Below, piece after piece: positions 53,337-62,297 of a stretch of DNA of 64,000 nucleotides. The position numbers and the translations under genes were made by a program. Under the pieces are notes generated by a model. It was not told the origin of the DNA. It saw only the letters and a program-made list of their open reading frames with translations, and searched no databases. The stretch spans positions 267,413 to 331,412 of the forward strand of contig JBDRYB010000001.1 of NCBI GenBank assembly GCA_039803205.1. The letters run 5' to 3'. Every line of letters begins with the position of its first letter. The stretch's first letter is position 1. This stretch comes from a candidate division WOR-3 bacterium. GTDB lineage: Bacteria > Hydrothermota > Hydrothermia > JBDRYB01.

Positions 53337-54875
53337 CTATTTAATGATGAACTTTCCCCCGATCCCTGGCGCCCTCAGAAAATAAACGCCTGGGCCCAGG
53401 CCAAAGATTGAAAACCTGTTCTCGCCCTCGGTTATCTCGCGAGAGATAACGGTTCTGCCGGCCACATCATAGACCGATAGCCTGCCGGGCTCACTCGCTT
53501 TGATGATAAGCATATACTCCTTGATCCGGAAACCAGCTAGAGGCGAGCCCTCCGAACCCTCCCCAACCGCGGCTTCTATGGCGGCCCTCAGGTTGGGAAC
53601 CCCCCATCCTATGTCGTTGTTCGGGTTCCCCGCGTTTGACGCTGTTTCCATGAGCAATTGCCTTATCTCCATGTTTGTGAGACTTGGCTTTGCCTGGATG
53701 AGTAGGGCCGCGGCCCCTGCTATGAGGGGCGTCGCAAGCGATGTCCCTCCGTAATAATCGTAGGAGCTGAGGCTGTAAGGATCCACAGAATAGGTGGTGT
53801 TGCCCTGCGCGGCAAGCTCAGGCTTTATCCTGCCATCATAGGTTGGGCCCCGGGACGAGAAGTCCGTGACGACCGAGTCAGAATCAACGGCGGCAACGGA
53901 TATGCAGCTGTCCGCGTCCGCGGGGGCGATGAGGGTTCCGGGCATGGGGCCCGAGTTCCCCATGGCCGTAACGCAGAGCAAGCCTCGCTCCGCGGCAGAA
54001 TCCACAGCTACGGTTGTCACCGCATGATCCCCATCAAGGTCAGAGTAATCATACCAATCTATGTAGCCCAGCGAAGAGGAGGTCAGGTCGCAGCCGAGGC
54101 CCTCAAGCCACTCCAGGCCCTGCACATACCAGAGCTCCTCTATGGGCTGTTCGTCTCCCGTGTCCTCTGTCTTCGCGAGAGCGAACTGTGCCCTTGGCGC
54201 TATTCCTATGAACTCCCCTGGCCAGTATCCGCCGACGGTCGCTGAGCAGATTGACCCGTGAAAATCCTGACCCCAGGGGTCTCCCGCTTGATCCCAGACC
54301 ACGGTGTCCCCGTTTATGAAGTCCCAGTGAGCAATAACCCGCATGCTGTCAAACGCGTGGTGTCGGTCTCCTGGCTTGATGTGGAACCCCGTGTCAAGAA
54401 AGCCTATGAGGACGCCAGTGCCGTCATAACCATGCTCGTGCGCCCAGGGAACCTGCATCATAGCGGCTTGATCAAACGAGAGGCCGTATTCCGTTGTATC
54501 CCACTCTGGAGAACGGCCCCCTATCACCTTTACATCAGGGTGAGCCATCTTGGCCACGGGCCTCGTTTCCCTGACAAAAGGTAGTTCCCCTATCTTCTCT
54601 ATGTTCTCGTCGTCAACCCGAAAAACCGCACCGTTCAACCACTTTGAGGAACCGATGAAAATAGGCCCCAATTCCTCTATTCGGGAGATGTAGGGTTGGT
54701 AAACCGGGAGGTCGCCGAACCCGACCGTGAAGTTGTGCTTCAGGCGCCTTGCCTGTGCCCTATCAGAAAGGGAAGCCCAGGCCTTGTCGTAATCAGCGGG
54801 GCCACAGGGGCCTTTGTCCGTGAAGAAAACCCAATAAAAACCACCAAAAAGGACAAGAGAAAAAGAAACGATCAT
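53337..54875 (-). CDS. S8 (subtilisin-like) serine peptidase with T9SS-type CTD
   Basis: Triad LDTGF / FHGS / GTSLATP, FSSRGPT; CTD VYDVAGR...LGPGVYFL. Confidence 0.93.
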   Translation of the reverse strand: MIVSFSLVLFGGFYWVFFTDKGPCGPADYDKAWASLSDRAQARRLKHNFTVGFGDLPVYQPYISRIEELGPIFIGSSKWLNGAVFRVDDENIEKIGELPFVRETRPVAKMAHPDVKVIGGRSPEWDTTEYGLSFDQAAMMQVPWAHEHGYDGTGVLIGFLDTGFHIKPGDRHHAFDSMRVIAHWDFINGDTVVWDQAGDPWGQDFHGSICSATVGGYWPGEFIGIAPRAQFALAKTEDTGDEQPIEELWYVQGLEWLEGLGCDLTSSSLGYIDWYDYSDLDGDHAVTTVAVDSAAERGLLCVTAMGNSGPMPGTLIAPADADSCISVAAVDSDSVVTDFSSRGPTYDGRIKPELAAQGNTTYSVDPYSLSSYDYYGGTSLATPLIAGAAALLIQAKPSLTNMEIRQLLMETASNAGNPNNDIGWGVPNLRAAIEAAVGEGSEGSPLAGFRIKEYMLIIKASEPGRLSVYDVAGRTVISREITEGENRFSIFGLGPGVYFLRAPGIGGKFIIK

Positions 54876-54929
54876 GTAGAAAGCTTAAAGCTTGAGTGGG
54901 GCCGTTTCCAAATTGTTGAGCGCGGAGCT

Positions 54930-55703
54930 CTATTTCTTCGGTTTCAAAAGGCCCGAATGTTTCTTTGCTGGCTTCGCCTCGTATGTCACATAGACATATA
55001 TCTTGCCCTTTAGGCCGCCGGTTGGTGCGGCTTCAGCCCCACCCATTGCCTTTTCTTCTCTCGGAGCCATAGCGCTGTAGAGGCTCTGCGCGTAGTAGTT
55101 GTAATAATAGTAGCTGTAATCCTGTTCCCCCGGGTTCACGACATACTCGTTTACGCTAATGGGAAGCCCCAGCTCCAGGCCAGATGCCTCAGCGAGGTCG
55201 CTCGCCTTTCCCCTAGCCATTTCAAGGGCCTTGATCCTCGCCTCTTGGATGAAGACCTCAGGGCTATCAACGATGAAGGAGATGTTCTCCAGGCGGACGC
55301 CCTTCATGCTCGTCGCGCTGTCAATGAACTCGCCAAGTCTCTCAAAGTCAGGGGTCTTGAATGACATGGTCTGGTGAACTGTGTATCCCTTGAACTTTCC
55401 CTCCTCATACCAATACCAGTAGCTATACTGGTATCTCTGCTCTGACCAGAACGAGCGCGTGGTTATGTTCTCCTCCTTGACCCCGAGCCTCACGAGCATC
55501 GCTTTGAGTTCCCTGGATCTGTCCTCAACCTTCTTGTATGCCGCGGAGGCGTTTTTGGCGCTATCCTCAACACCCAGCTCAACTTGCGCTACCTGGGGCT
55601 CAGCGGTTATCGTGGCTTCTGCCATCACATAAACGGTTCTCTTTGGCCCTTTCTCACAGGAGAAGCACATTATAAACAGAACAAAAGGAATTAAATGTTT
55701 CAT
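54930..55703 (-). CDS. SIMPL (DUF541) domain lipoprotein
   Basis: AEATITAEPQVAQVELGV, ARIKALEMARGKASDLAEASGLELG; lipobox-like CFSC. Confidence 0.85.
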   Translation of the reverse strand: MKHLIPFVLFIMCFSCEKGPKRTVYVMAEATITAEPQVAQVELGVEDSAKNASAAYKKVEDRSRELKAMLVRLGVKEENITTRSFWSEQRYQYSYWYWYEEGKFKGYTVHQTMSFKTPDFERLGEFIDSATSMKGVRLENISFIVDSPEVFIQEARIKALEMARGKASDLAEASGLELGLPISVNEYVVNPGEQDYSYYYYNYYAQSLYSAMAPREEKAMGGAEAAPTGGLKGKIYVYVTYEAKPAKKHSGLLKPKK

Positions 55704-55778
55704 GGCGGTAAATTATAATGCCCCAGGCAGATACAGCCTAAAGGAAAAAGCGAGGGGCCCGGATTTATAATTTGAGCC

Positions 55779-56831
55779 TTGAGAAAAGAGGTTAAGGTTA
55801 AGGATATAGGCATTGGCGCTGGGAACCCGGTCCGGGTCCAGTCCATGACATCCACGAGGACAGAGGATGTTGGAGCGACAGTTGCCCAGATAAACGCGCT
55901 ATACGAGGCAGGCGCGGAGATCGTCCGGGTCGCGGTCCAATCCGTTTCCGCGGTGAAATACTTCAAGGAGATAAGGAAGGAGACCGATGTCCCTTTGGTT
56001 GCGGATGTGCACTTTGACCACAGGATAGCGATAATGTGCGCTGAGGCCGGCGCTGACAAAATAAGGATAAACCCCGGGAACATACGCGGGCCCAAGAAGG
56101 TAGAGGAGGTGATTAGGGCGCTCAAAGCAAACCGTGTTCCAGCGAGAATAGGAGTCAATTCCGGTTCCCTTGAGGACGATCTGATAGAGAAGCACGGCGG
56201 CGTTACCCCTGAGGCCCTTGCCGAAAGCGCCCTGAGGTGGGCTGATTTTTTTCTTGAGAGGGATTTTGAGGATTTCGTCTTATCCGTTAAGTCAAGCAGG
56301 GTTCCCGAGACCATTAAGGCATACAGGCTCCTGGCCAGCAAAACCGATCAGCCACTTCATGTTGGGCTCACGGAGGCTGGGCCACTTTGGCCTGGAGCCA
56401 TAAGGAGCTCTGTCGCGCTCGGAATACTCCTTGAGGAAGGGATAGGGGATACCATAAGGGTTTCTTTGACTGGGGATCCGGTTGATGAGGTCCGCGTGAC
56501 TTGGGAGATTCTGAAATCCCTTGAAAAAAGGGCGAGAGGCCCGATGATAATTTCCTGTCCAACCTGCGGGAGGATGAGGGTTGATATACTCCCAATAGTC
56601 CAGGAGATCACGGAAGCCCTCAAGGACCTAAAGGACCCCATTCGCGTAGCTGTGATGGGCTGTGAGGTTAACGGTCCTGGTGAGGCAAGGGAGGCTGATT
56701 TCGGAGTTGCGTCAGGACAGGGTTTTGGGTTAATATTTAGGAAGGGTCGGGTAGTGAAGAGGGTTAAAGCCGAGGACATAACGAAGGCGCTTCTTGATGA
56801 GATAGCCTCATCGCTGGGGCAAGAAGAATGA
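55779..56831 (+). CDS. ispG: (E)-4-hydroxy-3-methylbut-2-enyl-diphosphate synthase
   Basis: VQSMT, PLVADVHF, RINPGN, RIGVNSGSL, GDTIRVSLT, SCPTCGR, MGCEVNGPGE. Confidence 0.98.
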   Translation: MRKEVKVKDIGIGAGNPVRVQSMTSTRTEDVGATVAQINALYEAGAEIVRVAVQSVSAVKYFKEIRKETDVPLVADVHFDHRIAIMCAEAGADKIRINPGNIRGPKKVEEVIRALKANRVPARIGVNSGSLEDDLIEKHGGVTPEALAESALRWADFFLERDFEDFVLSVKSSRVPETIKAYRLLASKTDQPLHVGLTEAGPLWPGAIRSSVALGILLEEGIGDTIRVSLTGDPVDEVRVTWEILKSLEKRARGPMIISCPTCGRMRVDILPIVQEITEALKDLKDPIRVAVMGCEVNGPGEAREADFGVASGQGFGLIFRKGRVVKRVKAEDITKALLDEIASSLGQEE

Positions 56832-58054
56832 CATACCTGATGATAGCGGTTCTCATCGGTGCCAAAGGGCCATCAAAGTGGGATGCGCTCCTGAGGCCCT
56901 ATCCGGAGACCCAGGTTGACCCGGATGAATACAGGCTCGGCCCCGGAGATAGCCTGAGAATAACCATTTCCGGCTCCGTGTTCTACACTGCGGATATGAG
57001 CCTTGATGTATCTGGGTGGGTTTCGCTCTACGGGCCAGGAATATCCCTGTCCGCGGCCCAGGCAGGCCTGGAAAGCGAGATAAGCACAGGGCTTCAATCT
57101 CGTCCTTTGGGCACTTTCCTCGGCAAGAAATACCTCTCAGGTATGAGCATATCCGAGGCAACGGACAGCTTGAACAGGTTTTATAAACGGTATTACAAGA
57201 ACATCAATGTGGGGATAAGCCTTCTCTATCCGAGGCCCGTTACCGTAGTGATTACTGGTCAGGTTCTCAACCAGGGAGCAATAACATGCTCAGCCGTTGA
57301 ACGGCTTACTGATGTGATAACAAAGGCTGGGGGCGCCTTGGGCGAGGCCGATCTCACGGCTGTTAGGGTTGAGACGAGCGATGGAACAAAGACATACAAC
57401 CTTTACAAGTATTATCTGGATGGCGACAGGTCCCAGAATCCGCTTCTCTGCAACGACATGAGGATCTTCGTGCCCCAGGCGACCAAGACCGTCTTGGTGA
57501 CCGGCGCGGTTGAGCTCCTGGTAATATACTTCAACGATTCTGTGGAAACGGATGCAGTGAGAAGCCTTGAGGGGGCACGTGTGGTTCGTGTGGCCTGGGA
57601 AGATGGAGACAATGTGAGGAGGGCGATAGATAAGGCGGGTGGGCTTTCACTCAAGGCATCCAGGGAAGGTATAAGCATACTGAGAGGGGGGATAAGGATG
57701 TCTGCGAGCCTTGAAACAAGGGTTGAGCCAGGCGATAGGATTGAGGTCTCAAAGATCCCATCAGAGGTATATGTGTTCGGGGAGGTCCGCTCTCCAGGAG
57801 CTTATCGCTATTCCCCTGGGCTCACATGCATGGATTATGTGAGCATGGCAGGCCCAAACGAAAGGGGATACACGAAGAGGTTCACCATCGTGAGGCCTGA
57901 TGGGTCAAGGGTTTCTGTCAGCCCAAAGGATGTGCCGGAGCCAGGGGATAGGATACTAGTTGAAAGGGTAGCTTTCCTCTGGTATGAGGATTATCTGAGG
58001 GTTCTCGCTACCGTGACCACAATAATAGTCACATGGCTCACCCTGAGAAGGTGA
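56828..58054 (+). CDS. Polysaccharide export (Wza/KpsD-like) SLBB-domain protein
   Basis: DEYRLGPGDSLRI; SLBB repeats (VITGQV, VTGAV, VYVFGEVRSPG...PGDRI). Confidence 0.85.
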   Translation: MTYLMIAVLIGAKGPSKWDALLRPYPETQVDPDEYRLGPGDSLRITISGSVFYTADMSLDVSGWVSLYGPGISLSAAQAGLESEISTGLQSRPLGTFLGKKYLSGMSISEATDSLNRFYKRYYKNINVGISLLYPRPVTVVITGQVLNQGAITCSAVERLTDVITKAGGALGEADLTAVRVETSDGTKTYNLYKYYLDGDRSQNPLLCNDMRIFVPQATKTVLVTGAVELLVIYFNDSVETDAVRSLEGARVVRVAWEDGDNVRRAIDKAGGLSLKASREGISILRGGIRMSASLETRVEPGDRIEVSKIPSEVYVFGEVRSPGAYRYSPGLTCMDYVSMAGPNERGYTKRFTIVRPDGSRVSVSPKDVPEPGDRILVERVAFLWYEDYLRVLATVTTIIVTWLTLRR

Positions 58055-58060
58055 ACGATA

Positions 58061-59782
58061 ATGCTTCTGGTCCTACTCGCTTTTTTGTCCTGGGATTACA
58101 GGACCCTTTTCTACGACATAAGGCTCATCGTGAGGCCGCAGGACCAGAGCATAGAGGGGGATGTTGCCTTGACGCTTGCCTTGGAGCCCGGGACAGATAC
58201 CATCCCCTTTCACCTAACAGCGAACTACACGATTGATTCGGTTCTGGTGAATGGCGCGCGTTGCGTGTTTTTCCGCGACTCGGACACGGTCTTCGTCCCC
58301 CTTTCCACAGCGGCCGATACCTGCACTCTGAGGGTTTTCTATGCCGGACCAACCCTTGACCGAGGCATTCACTTTAGGGATTCCTCATTCTTCAGCTTTG
58401 GCCAGTTCTACGATACGAAGGCCTGGTTACCCTGCAACGATACCCCTTCCGCGAAGGCGCCGGCCCGCTTGGCGCTTACCGGGCCCTCTGGATATTTCAT
58501 CGCGTCAAACGGCGTTCTTGACAGCGTTCGCGATTCTGTGTACTTCTGGAGGGAGAATCATCCTGTTTCGCCTTATCTCCTCCTCGTTGCGGGGGGCCCA
58601 TATGTCAGACTTGACACATCTTTTGCTGGAATCCCCATTTATTACTATGTCTTTCCCGATGATACTGCCAAGGCCAAAGTTTCCTTTAAGCACATCCCGG
58701 ACATGATGAAGTTTTACTCCGATGGCTTTGGGGAGTATCCCTTTCCGGATGAGAAAACCGCATTCGTTGAAACAGAGGATCCCATAGGGATGGAGACCCA
58801 GACCTGCATCATGGTAGGCTCCCACACGATAACGGGCGATCTTTCCAGGGAGTATGTTTTCGCGCATGAGCTCGCGCACCAGTGGTGGGGAGACGCCTTG
58901 ACCCCGCGCTCTTGGGGAGAGATATGGCTCTCGGAGGGCCTCGCTGTGTGGTCAGATTTCTCGTTTACTGAGCACATGTATGGCAGGGACAGCGCGCTGG
59001 CGAGGTGGTTCTGGGCAAGGGACCTGTATTTCCTTGAGGACAGCATCAGGCCCCCTTATCCCCTTCGTGATCCGGATTATTTTACTGGAGCGACCGTGTA
59101 TTACAAGGGTGCATGGGTCATAAGGATGCTCAGATGGGTGATGGGAGACAGCCTGTTTCACGAGGGGCTCAGGTTCTACTACGCGAGCCACCGGGACAGC
59201 CTTGTTGACACGGACGATTTCAGGGGAGCTATGGAGTATATCATGGGCAACTGCCTTCTTTGGTTCTTCGGTGAGTGGTGCGAGGATGTCGGTTATCCTA
59301 GGATCAAATACGAGTGGTGGCAGAAAGGGGATACCCTCACCCTGGTGTTCAACCAGGTTCAGAACCACGGGCCCGTGTTCAGGATGCCGGTTGAGATAAT
59401 GATAACCAGCGCTTCCGATACCGTTCGCGATACTGTTTTTATGGTATACCCATCTGATACATTCAAACTGATCCCCGGGTTTCTCGCGGAGGGCCTCCTC
59501 GTTGATCCGGATTCCTGGGTTCTCATGCGCTCGGAGCTTAGTCTTGAGAGCGAGGAGACCAGCGCTTCTTCCGCTATTGCCTTTCAAACAATTGGAAATG
59601 GGGCTTTGCGCCTGAGAAACCCCCTTGACTATTCCGTTGAGATAAGGGTTTACGATGCCACGGGGCGTCTCGTAAGGCTTCACCGGGCTGAACCGGGAAC
59701 GAGCACCATTACTCTGCCGGGGCCCGGCTTCTACAGGCTCATATGGGAAGGGGGTGCCGCTAGCGCGGTATCCCTCAGATGA
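58061..59782 (+). CDS. M1 family aminopeptidase with T9SS-type CTD
   Basis: WLPCNDTP, GME, HELAHQWWG...WLSEG, YYKGAW; CTD VYDATGR...PGFY. Confidence 0.92.
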   Translation: MLLVLLAFLSWDYRTLFYDIRLIVRPQDQSIEGDVALTLALEPGTDTIPFHLTANYTIDSVLVNGARCVFFRDSDTVFVPLSTAADTCTLRVFYAGPTLDRGIHFRDSSFFSFGQFYDTKAWLPCNDTPSAKAPARLALTGPSGYFIASNGVLDSVRDSVYFWRENHPVSPYLLLVAGGPYVRLDTSFAGIPIYYYVFPDDTAKAKVSFKHIPDMMKFYSDGFGEYPFPDEKTAFVETEDPIGMETQTCIMVGSHTITGDLSREYVFAHELAHQWWGDALTPRSWGEIWLSEGLAVWSDFSFTEHMYGRDSALARWFWARDLYFLEDSIRPPYPLRDPDYFTGATVYYKGAWVIRMLRWVMGDSLFHEGLRFYYASHRDSLVDTDDFRGAMEYIMGNCLLWFFGEWCEDVGYPRIKYEWWQKGDTLTLVFNQVQNHGPVFRMPVEIMITSASDTVRDTVFMVYPSDTFKLIPGFLAEGLLVDPDSWVLMRSELSLESEETSASSAIAFQTIGNGALRLRNPLDYSVEIRVYDATGRLVRLHRAEPGTSTITLPGPGFYRLIWEGGAASAVSLR

Positions 59783-60651
59783 AATACAGGCTCTCTTTGG
59801 GGTTGGCTGTGTTCCTCTGGAGCACCTCTTTCCCCTTTATAAAGCAAGCCCTATCGTTCACCAGCCCAGGCCCTCTTCTGGCAACCCGTTTTATCGTTGC
59901 AGGCTTCGGAGCAATAGCCCTTTTCGCTGTTATTAAAAGGCCTATACCCTGGAACATTCTCGGGAGGAAGGAGATGTGGATAATGGCCCTCTCAAACGCT
60001 CTCGGATTTGCCCTCCAGTTCTTCGGCCAGGACCTGACGAGCGCCTCAAAGGCCGCGCTCTTCATAAACACCTATGTGATATTCGTTGCAATAGCCGCGC
60101 CCATTTTTCTCAAGGAGAGGGTTTCGCTCAGGGTTGGCTTCGGTGTGGTTCTGGGATTCATTGGGGCAGGAATAGCCTCAACTGGCCTTAGCCCCTCGTT
60201 CACCTCAACCGGGAGTTTTTGGGGTGACCTGATGTGCGTGGGCGCGGCCCTTGTTTACACGGTTTACATCGTTCTGTCAAAGAGGCTCGTTGATTCCGGA
60301 TGGGATGTTCTGGCCGTAGCCTTTGGGACCATGGTCCTCACAGCGCCCCTGACACTTCCCTTTTCCTTAATTGGGTTTAGGTCGTTCGGGTTAGCCACGC
60401 TTAGCGCGGGGGCATACCTCGGGTTCTTCTGCTCGCTTTTCCCTTTCATATTTTACATATACAGCCTCAAGGGCATATCAGTGACGGTCTCCTCGGTCAT
60501 GCTTCTCGGAGAGGTGGTCCTCGCTATGGCGTGGAGTTTCATTTTCCTGGACGAGAGGTTTGGCCCGGCCGAGTGGCTCGGAACCGGGCTGGTGCTATCC
60601 GCGATATTGCTGGTGGGAACAAGGAGAACGAAAGAGGTCGTGGCCTCTTGA
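59779..60651 (+). CDS. DMT/EamA family transporter
   Basis: LWSTSFPFIK...RF, two EamA repeats, LKER and LDER motifs. Confidence 0.9.
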   Translation: MKYRLSLGLAVFLWSTSFPFIKQALSFTSPGPLLATRFIVAGFGAIALFAVIKRPIPWNILGRKEMWIMALSNALGFALQFFGQDLTSASKAALFINTYVIFVAIAAPIFLKERVSLRVGFGVVLGFIGAGIASTGLSPSFTSTGSFWGDLMCVGAALVYTVYIVLSKRLVDSGWDVLAVAFGTMVLTAPLTLPFSLIGFRSFGLATLSAGAYLGFFCSLFPFIFYIYSLKGISVTVSSVMLLGEVVLAMAWSFIFLDERFGPAEWLGTGLVLSAILLVGTRRTKEVVAS

Positions 60652-60703
60652 ACCCCGAGCGAGAAACCCTCTGAGGCCAAGGACCTATTTCGTTGCGCCG
60701 AGA

Positions 60704-62257
60704 TCACTTGATAAGGAAGGCTATCCGCCAACCCATGGTCCTCGGCCTAAAGATCAGCCTTTTTGTTGCGGTCTTCTCCCCGTAACGCGGGCAGTAGAAC
60801 GCGTCCAGAACAGACCATTCCCCTCCCCCCTCTTCAAGCATCAGGGCATACCCTCCATTTTTTCCGCGCAGGGTAAAACCCTCATCTTTTTGCTCCGGAA
60901 GGACATCAGGCGCCAGCGTGAACCCAGCACACCACGGCCCAGGCTCCGAGATGGAATCCTCAAGGATGAGTCCGTTCTCGGTCAACACGAACCTTCTCTC
61001 TACGGTAGGGCCGAAGAGGTCGTGCCTGAGAACAAAGGCACCGCTTTCCCACCCCGAGAAAAGGGCCCTTTTTCTCCCCTCAAGGGTAAATGGCCTTTGG
61101 GGGTCGCGGATGTGCATGGGTCTCCCCTCAAGCCAGACGAGGTTGTGCGCGGTTTCGGATCTCAGAGCCTCTCTCATGGAATCCGGGCCTGTGTAAAGAT
61201 ATACGCCGGGATCAACGATCAAGGGTTCTCCCATCCAAAGGGCAAACGAACCCAGATCTGAGTGGGTGTGGCCCCCTGGACGGTCAGGGTCATCATCAAC
61301 CCTTGCGACGAGGTGAAGTAACCCCTCTCGCATGACCAAAAAGCCGCCTTCCTGATAATGTGTCGTGCCCCTGGGTTCAGGGACCTCAATACCAAGAGAG
61401 CTCGCGAGCTCAGATAGATATGCGAGGTAATCGGACTCGCGCGGCCTCAGAACCCCACCATCGTCAAAATCGCCGAAGATTGGGAGACTGCCGTCGGGAT
61501 GGCTGATGTCCGCCAGGAAACCGAGGGCTTTCTGGATTACTTCAGGGATCTTTTGACAATTAACCCTCCATTCCCTGGCCAGGGCAAGGTATATAAGCCC
61601 CATTTCAAGAACAAAAGCGCCGTAACCGGGCGAAACCTCCTCATATGTGCCATCGGAAAGAAAAGCATTGGGAAACCTCGCGCTGAATTCTTTTCGGCCC
61701 AGTTCAAACCACCTCTTTGCTTCGTCAAGCTCCCTGAGATACCCCCCGAGGAGAAAAAGCCCCAGAGCCCTCCCGAGAGCGTGATTTGTAGGATCGGGTT
61801 CGGGATTTTTTAGTAGGTGCCTTCCGTGGGCAACGAGCCAGCGGAGGAGCTCGGTTCTCATTTTTGAGCCCAAAGGCCAGCGCGCCCCTTCAAGCAGAAA
61901 ACCCAAATTTATCGCCCTTACCGAAACCTCAAGTGAAGATGCCCAATTGGGGCCGAGCCCAACCGGATTGGCTCTCATCCAGGAAGCAAAGCCTTCTGCA
62001 AGATCCTCCGGCCTCGCCCACCTGAAGCGGGACGGCTCCCATATCGTTCGCAGATCTGAAGGGGCTTTCCTATATTTTATGTATTTGTGATGGATCATGG
62101 GCCAGAGGTGGAGGGGAACCTCTCGCGCTCGGCCTGGCCTATTCCCCAGCGGAAGCTCGGGCAGGCCTGATGCATTAAAGCCCCTTGGCAGACACGGGGG
62201 CCGAGAAAAGAGCCTTTGACTTATGGTCCTTAGGAATGCGGATATGCTCTTTTTCAA
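60704..62257 (-). CDS. Heparinase II/III family protein (true start may be 62301 across a frameshift)
   Basis: WEPSRF, NPVGLGPNW...EVSVRAIN, TNH, GDFDDG, GHTHSD, VDPGVYLY, RSETAHN. Confidence 0.85.
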   Translation of the reverse strand: MKKSISAFLRTISQRLFSRPPCLPRGFNASGLPELPLGNRPGRAREVPLHLWPMIHHKYIKYRKAPSDLRTIWEPSRFRWARPEDLAEGFASWMRANPVGLGPNWASSLEVSVRAINLGFLLEGARWPLGSKMRTELLRWLVAHGRHLLKNPEPDPTNHALGRALGLFLLGGYLRELDEAKRWFELGRKEFSARFPNAFLSDGTYEEVSPGYGAFVLEMGLIYLALAREWRVNCQKIPEVIQKALGFLADISHPDGSLPIFGDFDDGGVLRPRESDYLAYLSELASSLGIEVPEPRGTTHYQEGGFLVMREGLLHLVARVDDDPDRPGGHTHSDLGSFALWMGEPLIVDPGVYLYTGPDSMREALRSETAHNLVWLEGRPMHIRDPQRPFTLEGRKRALFSGWESGAFVLRHDLFGPTVERRFVLTENGLILEDSISEPGPWCAGFTLAPDVLPEQKDEGFTLRGKNGGYALMLEEGGGEWSVLDAFYCPRYGEKTATKRLIFRPRTMGWRIAFLIK

Positions 62258-62297
62258 AGGGGGAGCCTGGAGGCTTCTTCAAAACGCGAAATACGGT

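Noticed and set aside
62250..62262. CTT TGA as a second RF2-type +1 frameshift site
   Set aside because: There is no internal SD at the required spacing, the +1 frame closes within about 30 codons, and the downstream gene is in the -1 frame.
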